In this document: in pieces, positions 47,257-55,313 of the stretch | Layout of the letters: each line of letters begins with the position of its first letter | Position numbering within the stretch: position 1 is the stretch's first letter | The notes under the pieces: model-generated | Database searches by the model: none | Seen by the model: the letters and a program-made list of their open reading frames with translations, nothing else | What the model was told of the DNA's origin: nothing | Position numbers and translations under genes: made by a program | Origin: Candidatus Pacebacteria bacterium CG2_30_36_39 | Lineage (GTDB): Bacteria > Patescibacteriota > Microgenomatia > UBA1400 > PJMF01 | Direction: 5' to 3' | Assembly: GCA_001873435.1 (NCBI GenBank) | Contig: MNZB01000003.1 | Coordinates: forward strand, 206,031-270,030 | DNA length: 64,000 bases

Positions 47257-48204
47257 ATGAACATTTCATTTTCCCTTCCCAAAGATAGAGTAAAAATGTT
47301 GTTTGACCCCAAGATAGCTAAATCGGTGGGAACTGACTCGGCCATTATTCTACAAAATATTGAATACTGGGTAACTCGTAAAGAAGAAGAAAGCTCAGAT
47401 TCGAATTTTCATGGTGGGCACTACTGGACTTACAACAGCTCCAGAAGATTCGCCGAGATATTTGACTGGATGCATGAACGAAAGATTGCCCGATGCCTTC
47501 AAAAACTTGAAGTAAAAGGTTATCTTATCTCTGGTAATTACAACAGGCATCAGTATGACCGCACAAAATGGTATTCACTCAAATGCAACCGACAAGATTG
47601 CACACTTTGCAATGGTATCAACCAAAAACGTCTAAAAGATTCACCTGCCAGTTCTGATGCTGGTGACAACAATGTCCAACCTATACCAGATACTAAACAC
47701 AGAGTAAATAAACCACCTATTAATCATTATTCTGGTTTGGAGCAAACCAGTGTACATGTAGAGGTAGATGACACCAACTTTCTTTCTCTTGGTTCTGAGC
47801 GAAGCTCGAGCGAGCGGTCTAAAGGCGATAGCCGTAGCGTAAAAAACCGCCCAATGAGTAAGCGATTAGCCAACAAGGCTCGAACACTTAGAGAAAGATT
47901 AAGCCTTGTTCATGGCTACAACATTCATTTCTATGAAGCTTGGGAAGAGAAATTTAGGAAGCCCTATCCATGGTCAGAAGATTACGAAAGCGAAGAAGTG
48001 TGGGAAAAAATGAAGGAATTAGAGCAAGAATGGGGAGAAGAATTTGAAGTATTGATAGAGCTTTACTTGCTTCAAGAGTTCAGAGGAAAGACAAATTCTA
48101 GGATACATCACTTTCTATCTGACCGAATTCAAAACAACCTTCAAAATAAGATTATTACCTCAAGTATGAAAAATGAACATAGAGAAAAAATACGCGGATG
48201 TTAA
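47257..48204 (+). CDS. Phage/plasmid-type replication initiator (wHTH N-terminus)
   Basis: AIILQNIEYW...YWTYNS...LEVKGYLISGNYNRHQYDRTKWY resembles phage replisome-organiser N-termini (from recall). Confidence 0.75.
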   Translation: MNISFSLPKDRVKMLFDPKIAKSVGTDSAIILQNIEYWVTRKEEESSDSNFHGGHYWTYNSSRRFAEIFDWMHERKIARCLQKLEVKGYLISGNYNRHQYDRTKWYSLKCNRQDCTLCNGINQKRLKDSPASSDAGDNNVQPIPDTKHRVNKPPINHYSGLEQTSVHVEVDDTNFLSLGSERSSSERSKGDSRSVKNRPMSKRLANKARTLRERLSLVHGYNIHFYEAWEEKFRKPYPWSEDYESEEVWEKMKELEQEWGEEFEVLIELYLLQEFRGKTNSRIHHFLSDRIQNNLQNKIITSSMKNEHREKIRGC

Positions 48205-48429
48205 CTTGCTTGAAATGAAAATTACTATGAGCCTCTTCAACTATAACTGCAACTACAAGCCCTCACAAGAGATTTTTAAAAGTCAAGAATGTCTTTTTTT
48301 CACACTCAGTGTTATAAACACCTCACAAGCATTTATCTTTTATAAATAACTGCATAATCTAGGCACGCCTTTGAGTTTCAAATTTTGAGCTCCACCTGTG
48401 TGACTTGATGAAGCGCGGAAGCACTCATC

Positions 48430-48648
48430 ATGTCCAAAAGGCATTCTAGCGGTCGACAAGCGACGACTGGCTTACCAAACCCCCAAAACAGTCCTGCCCA
48501 ACAGTACAAATTTTCGAGTGATGAACTCGATAACCTTGTCGATTCTTTTATCGACTTGATTATTGACGACTTCATTGTGAAGTATCGCTCGGGCCAGCTT
48601 GATGTGTCTGTGTTGAAAAAGAAGGGAGTAAGTATGTTTGAAAAGTAG
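48430..48648 (+). CDS. Small protein upstream of the recombinase (candidate directionality factor)
   Basis: 72 aa, same strand, 54 nt before the recombinase ATG; function is inferred from position only. Confidence 0.5.
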   Translation: MSKRHSSGRQATTGLPNPQNSPAQQYKFSSDELDNLVDSFIDLIIDDFIVKYRSGQLDVSVLKKKGVSMFEK

Positions 48649-48702
48649 GCCTGTAAAAAGACCAAGGTTGAAATTATAATAAGTAAATGAAAGTATGAGT
48701 TT

Positions 48703-50253
48703 ATGAAAAATAAAAAAGAAACAATCAATATAAATAGAGCCTGTCTATATCTAAGGTTTAGCGATGATAAGCAAATTGGTGGAACATCAATTGCAGTTCA
48801 AAACAAATCATGTCGTGACTACTGCGCAATACATGAATGGAAAGTAGTAATAGTTGAGAAAAACGAAGCAGTCACAGCTAAAACCTCAAATATCCGTAGA
48901 GTTGCAGAATTACTAGAATTTTGCAAAAGAAATAAGGGTAAATTTGAGGTACTCGTGGTCTTCAAGCTTAATAGATTTGCTCGAGACCAAGCAATGCACC
49001 ATTATCTGAGGTCAGAACTTCTAAAATTAGGTATTTTATTACGTTCTGCCACTGAACCAATAGATGAAACTCCAATGGGTAAGTTAACTGAAGGAATATT
49101 AGCTGCTTTAGCTGAGTTTGATAATGGTGTTAAGTCTGAAATGGTTAAAGCAGCTCTTTGGCGCAGAGTTGAGGAAGGCATGTGGCCATGGCATCCGCCA
49201 CTTGGCTATATGTCAATTCGTCAAAAGGATGAGAAAGTGAAAGCTCACGTACCAGACCCAGGGCTTGAGCAAGCAATTATTGACCTTTTCACCAGTTTCT
49301 CAACGGGCACTGTCTCTCAATTCGATTTGTCAAAAGAGTATGCAGCCAAGAAATTAACAGACTATAAAGGGAGAACAATTAAATTTTCACCCCAGTCGGT
49401 CAATAATATTCTTAACAACCGCTACTATATGGGAATCTTGGTTCATGAAGATGGCAGGCATATCCAAGGAAAGCATAAAGCTATTATTAAGCCAAGTTTG
49501 TTTGAGAAATGCCAGTATATCTTGCACAAAAAGTCTAATGGCACCGCTGGAAGTCAACGACTGCACGATAACCCAGAATTTCCCTTGAAACCAACCTTGC
49601 GCTGTGCAAGTTGCAAGGAGTTATTGACGGCTCAGTTTTCCAACTCTGCAAGAGGTACTAAGCATCCTCATTACTTTTGCAGAAATAATAAGTGCAATTT
49701 ATTTCGTAAAACGTACAAGCGGTCAAAATTAGAGAATGAGTTTGGCATCTATTTGCGACAAATTAAACCAACTAAAGAGTTTGTAAAGCGGTTCCAGGAG
49801 AGATTCCTGGACCGCTACAAAACCCGTGAGCTAGACCTAAAAGGTGAGTATTTGCGAAAGCTTGGAGATGTGCAAAAACTCGAGAAAGACCTTAAGTTTG
49901 TTATTGACCAAGGTAAGAAGGGAGTTTTGAAAAATGACACTTTCAAGAATGCTATTGAGGAAGTTGAATCAAAGCTTAGTTTAGCAAAAATGTCACTGCG
50001 AGAAACTCATGGAGAAGAGATTGACGTTCAGCTTTTGATGGCTTATGCGGAGAGCTTTATTCAAACCATTGAAAAAGTCTGGTATGACGCTCCATTTGAG
50101 ATTAAGAAGAAAATTCAGAATTTTGTTCTGCCTGGTGGCGTTTACTTAACTAAGACCAGAGAAGGCTATTTTTTTTCGAACCCTCAATTAGGTGGATTGT
50201 TCCAACTAATTCAGGATTTTGGTGCTGATGATTCAACTGTTGTGACCCCATAG
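48703..50253 (+). CDS. Large serine recombinase (integrase)
   Basis: YLRFS catalytic Ser, VFKLNRFAR, PPLGY, recombinase domain ILNNRYYMG...GKHKAII, Zn ribbon CASC...YFC....C, coiled coil; stop codon lies inside tRNA-Glu. Confidence 0.95.
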   Translation: MKNKKETININRACLYLRFSDDKQIGGTSIAVQNKSCRDYCAIHEWKVVIVEKNEAVTAKTSNIRRVAELLEFCKRNKGKFEVLVVFKLNRFARDQAMHHYLRSELLKLGILLRSATEPIDETPMGKLTEGILAALAEFDNGVKSEMVKAALWRRVEEGMWPWHPPLGYMSIRQKDEKVKAHVPDPGLEQAIIDLFTSFSTGTVSQFDLSKEYAAKKLTDYKGRTIKFSPQSVNNILNNRYYMGILVHEDGRHIQGKHKAIIKPSLFEKCQYILHKKSNGTAGSQRLHDNPEFPLKPTLRCASCKELLTAQFSNSARGTKHPHYFCRNNKCNLFRKTYKRSKLENEFGIYLRQIKPTKEFVKRFQERFLDRYKTRELDLKGEYLRKLGDVQKLEKDLKFVIDQGKKGVLKNDTFKNAIEEVESKLSLAKMSLRETHGEEIDVQLLMAYAESFIQTIEKVWYDAPFEIKKKIQNFVLPGGVYLTKTREGYFFSNPQLGGLFQLIQDFGADDSTVVTP

Positions 50254-50314
50254 GGAGTCGAACCCTACTTACCAGGATGAAAACCTGGTGTCCTAACCGA
50301 TAGACGATGGGGCC
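50243..50314 (-). tRNA. tRNA-Glu(TTC), integration target
   Basis: GGCCCCA/TGGGGTC stem; CCAGG-TT-TTC-AT-CCTGG anticodon arm. Confidence 0.95.
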
Positions 50315-50398
50315 TTTTAAAAAGGCTATCAGTCACCCAACATTTCAAAGTGCTAGCAATGATAGCAAATTAATAACTATCTCGTAAATAACTCAATA

Positions 50399-50743
50399 TT
50401 ATTCAGCTTTAGTAAAAGCACTCTTCTCTTTAATACGAGAAGCAGCCTTACCAATCTTTTCGCGTAAATAATATAATTTACTACGGCGAACAGCACCTTT
50501 GCGTTTCACTTCGATATTTTTAATTGAACCAAGCATAACTGGGAAGATTTTCTCTACTCCAATACCATTGGCACCAATCTTTCTTACAGTAAAAGATTTA
50601 CCAGAAGCGACGTTTTTAATAGCAATAACAATACCCTCAAAAATCTGGATACGCTTCTTACTACCTTCTACAATCTCCTGATGAACACGAACGGTATCAC
50701 CGATAGAGACATTGTTGTTGTTATATTCAAAATATTGAGCCAT
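50399..50743 (-). CDS. rplS: 50S ribosomal protein L19
   Basis: [43 protein letters not shown]. Confidence 0.97.
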   Translation of the reverse strand: MAQYFEYNNNNVSIGDTVRVHQEIVEGSKKRIQIFEGIVIAIKNVASGKSFTVRKIGANGIGVEKIFPVMLGSIKNIEVKRKGAVRRSKLYYLREKIGKAASRIKEKSAFTKAE

Positions 50744-50860
50744 TATTTTTCCCTTTCTCAAAGTCTGAGAGATGTTCTTGTTTGCTGTCGGAATATCGCT
50801 CACGACAGACGGATATTTTACTCTGGAATGCTAGTTATCGCAAGTCCGGTATTTTAGTTA

Positions 50861-52630
50861 TTATACAGTTTCTGAAATTTTTTCTGCTTTACTAGTAGTT
50901 CCCTGGTCATGCTTAGCATCATAATCGAGAACAGCCTTAACATACTCAATAAAAATTGGATGTGGTTTCAAAGGCTGAGACTTGTATTCTGGATGAGCCT
51001 GAGTAGCGATAAAGAATGGATGCTCACTAATTGGCAACTCAATCATCTCGACAAAAAAATCATCTGGACTGGTACCTGAAATTACAAAACCCTTATCTTC
51101 CAAAACCTTGCGATAAGCATTATTAAATTCAAAACGATGACGATGACGTTCAGAAATCAAATTCTTACCCTTATCTTTGAAAGCATTATGTTTGGAATAG
51201 ATCTGGTGGGCAAGAGTCTTTGGTTTTAACACACAATCATAGCCACCAAGTCTCATGCTAGCCCCTACTCCTTTAATTTGCTGGTATTTAGCCTCAAAAG
51301 GAATATCATGAATAATTGGATTGGTTGTATTTGGATTAACCTCTTTTGTATTAGCATCTTCCAAACCAACAACATTACGAGCAAATTCTACTGAAGCCAA
51401 CTGCATACCATAACAAAGACCCAAATATGGAACCTTATTTTCTCTAGCATATTTAATAGCTGCTATCTTACCCTCAACACCTCTGGATCCCCAACCGATT
51501 GGCACAATAACTCCATCAGCCCGATGAAGATTTTCTAGTGCTTTTTCATCATTCTTTTCCAAAAGCTCTGCTTTAATGAAAATAATTTCTAAGTCAGTAT
51601 CGTTGTACCAACTAGAATGATCGAGTGACTCTAATAAAGAAGTATATGAATCTTTTAACTCATAATCACCAGTGGCAATATATTTAGCAATAATTGCAAT
51701 GGAAATTTTTCTTTTCTTCTTTGATAAAATCTTAGTGACCAAATTCTCCCACTCCTTCAACTTAACTGGTTTATATGGCAATTTTAATTTAGCCATCAAC
51801 TGTTTATCGACAGTTTGCTTGTGAAAAGTTAAAGGAATTTCATAGATACTCTTTGCATCTGGATTAGAAATAACATCTTCCTTTTGCATATTACAAAAGT
51901 AAGCTACTTTTTCTTTGCGCTTATCATCAATAACCGCCTCTGCTCTACCAACAATTAAATCTGGTTGAATACCCATGGCATGCAAATTTTTAACAGAAAG
52001 CTGAGTTGGTTTTGATTTAAGCTCATTAATATGATGAGGAGTTGGGAAGTATGTAACATGAACCAATACCACATCGTCTGGTAGACTTTGTTTCATGATG
52101 CGATAGGCTTCGTAGTAGATGATATTCTGGTATTCCCCAGCAGTGCCACCCAATTCAATCATAACCACGTCATAGCCCTCTGCAGCTTCTCTAATGCGTC
52201 TAATCACCTCTTCTGGAACATAGGGAATGGCATCAACAGTAGCACCTTCATATTCAAGGTTTTTGGCTTTTTCAATAACAGTTGAATAAATCTGGCCCAT
52301 GGTAGTGAAGTTTTTATATCCCACTTCTTTACCAATGAAGCGCTCATAGGTACCAAGGTCAAGATCTGCCTCGAGTCCATCTTCACATAAGAAAACATCC
52401 CCATGTTCAATGGGATTAATATTGCCTGAGTCAATGTTTAAATAATTTTCACACTTCAAATTAGTGACGGAAAAACCATGTTGCTTGAATAAAACTCCAA
52501 TAGATGCGGCTGTAGCGCCCTTTCCTAGACCAGAAAGAACACCTCCAGAAACGAAGATGTATTTCTTTGGTTTTTTGCTAGAAAAATTAAGTAACCCGTC
52601 TAATCTCACGGGATTGAATTGTACCGACAA
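50861..52630 (-). CDS. pyrG: CTP synthase
   Basis: KYIFVSGGVLSGLGKG, DLDLGTYERF, KSKPTQ, GLCYGMQ, ERHRHRFE, QAHPE. Confidence 0.97.
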   Translation of the reverse strand: MSVQFNPVRLDGLLNFSSKKPKKYIFVSGGVLSGLGKGATAASIGVLFKQHGFSVTNLKCENYLNIDSGNINPIEHGDVFLCEDGLEADLDLGTYERFIGKEVGYKNFTTMGQIYSTVIEKAKNLEYEGATVDAIPYVPEEVIRRIREAAEGYDVVMIELGGTAGEYQNIIYYEAYRIMKQSLPDDVVLVHVTYFPTPHHINELKSKPTQLSVKNLHAMGIQPDLIVGRAEAVIDDKRKEKVAYFCNMQKEDVISNPDAKSIYEIPLTFHKQTVDKQLMAKLKLPYKPVKLKEWENLVTKILSKKKRKISIAIIAKYIATGDYELKDSYTSLLESLDHSSWYNDTDLEIIFIKAELLEKNDEKALENLHRADGVIVPIGWGSRGVEGKIAAIKYARENKVPYLGLCYGMQLASVEFARNVVGLEDANTKEVNPNTTNPIIHDIPFEAKYQQIKGVGASMRLGGYDCVLKPKTLAHQIYSKHNAFKDKGKNLISERHRHRFEFNNAYRKVLEDKGFVISGTSPDDFFVEMIELPISEHPFFIATQAHPEYKSQPLKPHPIFIEYVKAVLDYDAKHDQGTTSKAEKISETV

Positions 52631-52774
52631 ACGTCAATAACGAAAAGGACTAATTTGAATAAGTAACCACAACCTGTGGTATCTCATCTGGATAAATTGG
52701 TGCCACTGCTAGTATTTGGCAAAATAATATTTTAATTAATTGATTTGCAAGTTCAGTGTACAATCACTAGTGAA

Positions 52775-53341
52775 ATGTTAAATGTCACAACCAAAACTGG
52801 TGATGCAGGTGAAACCTCGCTTGCCAATGGCAAAAGATTGTCTAAAGCAGATGCTACTTTTGCTGTTATCGGCACTTTAGACGAATTAAATTCTCATTTG
52901 GGTGTAGTTAATAGTTTATTTTTGAAATTAAATTCTGAGTTAAAAAAAACCAAAGAAAAAAAGACCTTATCTGATCAGCAATATCTCATTAAACAAATTC
53001 AAAAACAACTTTTTGTTTTGGGTGGTTATGTTGCCAAAGCAAACATAAAACTATCTTTGGAATTTCTTGAAAATTTAGAGCAAAACTCTATCTTACTTCA
53101 GGAGAAAATGGCAGCTGATTGGCACAATCGCTTTGTTTTGCCAGGAGGACATATATTAGCGGCTCACTTAGATGTTGCCAGATCAGTTTGCCGAAGATTA
53201 GAACGAGAGTGTGTTATTTATCAAATAGATAACAAAGTAGATGAACTATTGCTTAAAACAATCAATCGTCTTTCTGACTATCTTTATGTTTTGCGTTGTT
53301 TCATTAATGAAGAACTTGGTGTTGAAGAACACTACGTTTAA
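52775..53341 (+). CDS. PduO-type ATP:cob(I)alamin adenosyltransferase
   Basis: TKTGDAGET, GTLDELNS, FVLPGG, ARSVCRRLER, NRLSDYLY. Confidence 0.9.
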   Translation: MLNVTTKTGDAGETSLANGKRLSKADATFAVIGTLDELNSHLGVVNSLFLKLNSELKKTKEKKTLSDQQYLIKQIQKQLFVLGGYVAKANIKLSLEFLENLEQNSILLQEKMAADWHNRFVLPGGHILAAHLDVARSVCRRLERECVIYQIDNKVDELLLKTINRLSDYLYVLRCFINEELGVEEHYV

Positions 53342-53958
53342 TAACGAAATTTGCGAATTAAACCGACCACTCTACCCTGGATCTGCACATTAGTGGCATA
53401 AATTGGACTCATGGTGGCATTTGCTGGTTCAAGTCTAACGCGAGTTACTTCTTTATAGAAACGTTTGAGGGTGGCAAGGCCATTGTCTAGAAGAGCAACT
53501 ACAATGTCACCATTATTTACTTCAGCAGTTTCTTCAATGACTACATAATCGCCATCATCAATATGGTCTTCAATCATTGATTGACCTTTAACCTGAAGAA
53601 TATAGGCACGTTTTTTACCAGAAATCATTTCTGGGGAGACTTTAAAGGTTGCATCAGTATCGGTATATGGTTCAATCGGAGAACCAGCTGCGATGAAGCC
53701 TAAAATTGGCAAATCAATACTTTCTGTAACATGAAGAAAAGTGCGATCAAATAGTTCAATACCCCTAACAGTGCCTTCATGTTTTTTAATAACATTTTTT
53801 CTTTCCAAAGCTTGAAGATGTTCATGAACTGTAGCTAAAGATGAAACTTGAATAGAGCCAGCGATTTCTTTTAAGGTTGGAGAAAAGCCATTTTTCTGGA
53901 TATATTGAGCAATATAGTCCACAATTTGTCTTTGTCTTTTATAAAGAGTAACAGCCAT
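53338..53958 (-). CDS. lexA: SOS repressor LexA
   Basis: RQRQIV..I....GFSPTLKEI, IAAG cleavage site, GQSMI, ATLKRFY. Confidence 0.95.
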   Translation of the reverse strand: MAVTLYKRQRQIVDYIAQYIQKNGFSPTLKEIAGSIQVSSLATVHEHLQALERKNVIKKHEGTVRGIELFDRTFLHVTESIDLPILGFIAAGSPIEPYTDTDATFKVSPEMISGKKRAYILQVKGQSMIEDHIDDGDYVVIEETAEVNNGDIVVALLDNGLATLKRFYKEVTRVRLEPANATMSPIYATNVQIQGRVVGLIRKFRY

Positions 53959-54193
53959 AAATTCTCCTTTTTAATGTTTATATATACCAAAACTATCCCA
54001 AACAATACCCAGAGTATATGCAAGTAAAGACCGAACATCAACAGCAACTTTAAGTATCTAAACATATCTTTTTCGATAAATTAACAAATACATGATTCGG
54101 GTTTGTGATAGGTTAGGCTTTTCAAATCAAGTTTTTCTCTTTATACTCTTCTCTATCTTTAATCAGATGAATTAATAAATAAAAGGAACAGAT

Positions 54194-54838
54194 ATGGAAT
54201 TTATCTCTGGAATAATTAGTTTTATTTTACACATTGATACGCACTTAACTGACTTGACCTCTACTTATGGTGCTTTAACGTATGGAATTTTGTTTTTAAT
54301 TGTTTTTGCTGAAACAGGATTTGTGGTAACTCCATTTTTACCAGGAGACTCACTTTTATTTGCGGCAGGTGCCTTAGCAGCCCTGGGAACTATGAATATT
54401 TGGATGATTGTGGGAATTTTATTGGCAGCTGCTATCTTGGGGGATGCAGTCAATTATTGGATTGGCCATTTTTTTGGGCAAAAAATCATTGAAAGCAAAA
54501 AATTTCCTTTGATTAAAAAAGAACATATTGATGAGGCACAAAAGTTTTACAATAAATATGGTGGTAAAGCCATTATGTTATCTAGATTCGTACCAATCGT
54601 CCGTACTTTTGCACCTTTTATTGCTGGTATTGGAAAAATGAACTACGCTCAATTTTTAATGTATAACGTTCTTGGAGGTACAGTTTGGATTTTGCTATTT
54701 TCTTTTGCTGGCTTTTTCTTTGGTAATATCCCCAGTGTCAAACATAATTTTACTTTAGTAATCTTAGGCATTATTGCTATTTCTGTTGTTCCAATTATTT
54801 TTGAGACACTAAAAGCAAAGAAAAATAAAAATAAATAA
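54194..54838 (+). CDS. dedA: DedA family protein
   Basis: FAETG, PFLPGDSLLF, RFVPIVRTFAPF. Confidence 0.95.
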   Translation: MEFISGIISFILHIDTHLTDLTSTYGALTYGILFLIVFAETGFVVTPFLPGDSLLFAAGALAALGTMNIWMIVGILLAAAILGDAVNYWIGHFFGQKIIESKKFPLIKKEHIDEAQKFYNKYGGKAIMLSRFVPIVRTFAPFIAGIGKMNYAQFLMYNVLGGTVWILLFSFAGFFFGNIPSVKHNFTLVILGIIAISVVPIIFETLKAKKNKNK

Positions 54839-54846
54839 TCAATAAA

Positions 54847-55299
54847 ATGATTGCTAAATTACAAAATTGGGATTCTTCATTTTGGCAAGAGTGGTTGTCT
54901 AAAGCTCCTGTGCTTTGCGTTGATGCTGTTATTTTTAATCAAAAAAATGAAGTTCTTTTAGTTAAGCGCAACACTCAACCATCTGAAGGTCTTTGGCATT
55001 TGCCAGGCGGTGTAGTGAGAAAAAATGAGTTATTGGAAAATACTGTGAAGAGAGTTGTTGCTACTGAGGTTGGTAGTATTGATTTTGAGATAATTGAAAT
55101 GTTAGGAGTTTTTGATGATCCAAAAAGAGATCCTAGGGGTCATTTTGTAACTTGCGCTTTTAGATTAAAAACTAGTTCAGAGGTAGGTCCTTTCAATTCT
55201 CAGGGTGAAGCAATTAAATATTTTAATAATTTGCCAGCTATTCTTGGCTTTGATGCAAAAAAAATCATCGCTAAAGCAAAAGCTAAAGCGATGATTTAA
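54847..55299 (+). CDS. NUDIX hydrolase
   Basis: VLLVKR, WHLPGG, partly degenerate Nudix box, RDPRGH. Confidence 0.85.
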   Translation: MIAKLQNWDSSFWQEWLSKAPVLCVDAVIFNQKNEVLLVKRNTQPSEGLWHLPGGVVRKNELLENTVKRVVATEVGSIDFEIIEMLGVFDDPKRDPRGHFVTCAFRLKTSSEVGPFNSQGEAIKYFNNLPAILGFDAKKIIAKAKAKAMI

Positions 55300-55313
55300 T
55301 TATTTTTTCTACT

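Larger units (their letters stand above)
38162..50245. mobile_element. ~12.1 kb integrative element (serine recombinase, phage-type Rep, cargo) inserted at the tRNA-Glu 3' end
   Basis: Recombinase abuts the tRNA. GTGA is shared at 38162-38165 and 50242-50245; joining the outer flanks gives TGGTGACCCC, the tRNA end with CCA. Accessory genes lie between; housekeeping genes resume at rplS. Confidence 0.82.

Noticed and set aside
38162-50245. Intact prophage or conjugative element
   Set aside because: No recognisable structural, packaging, lysis, relaxase or T4SS genes.
53960-54110. LexA box upstream of lexA
   Set aside because: Only loose half-site-like repeats (CCAAAAC, CCCAAAC, CCGAAC); no clear palindrome or known spacing can be supported.
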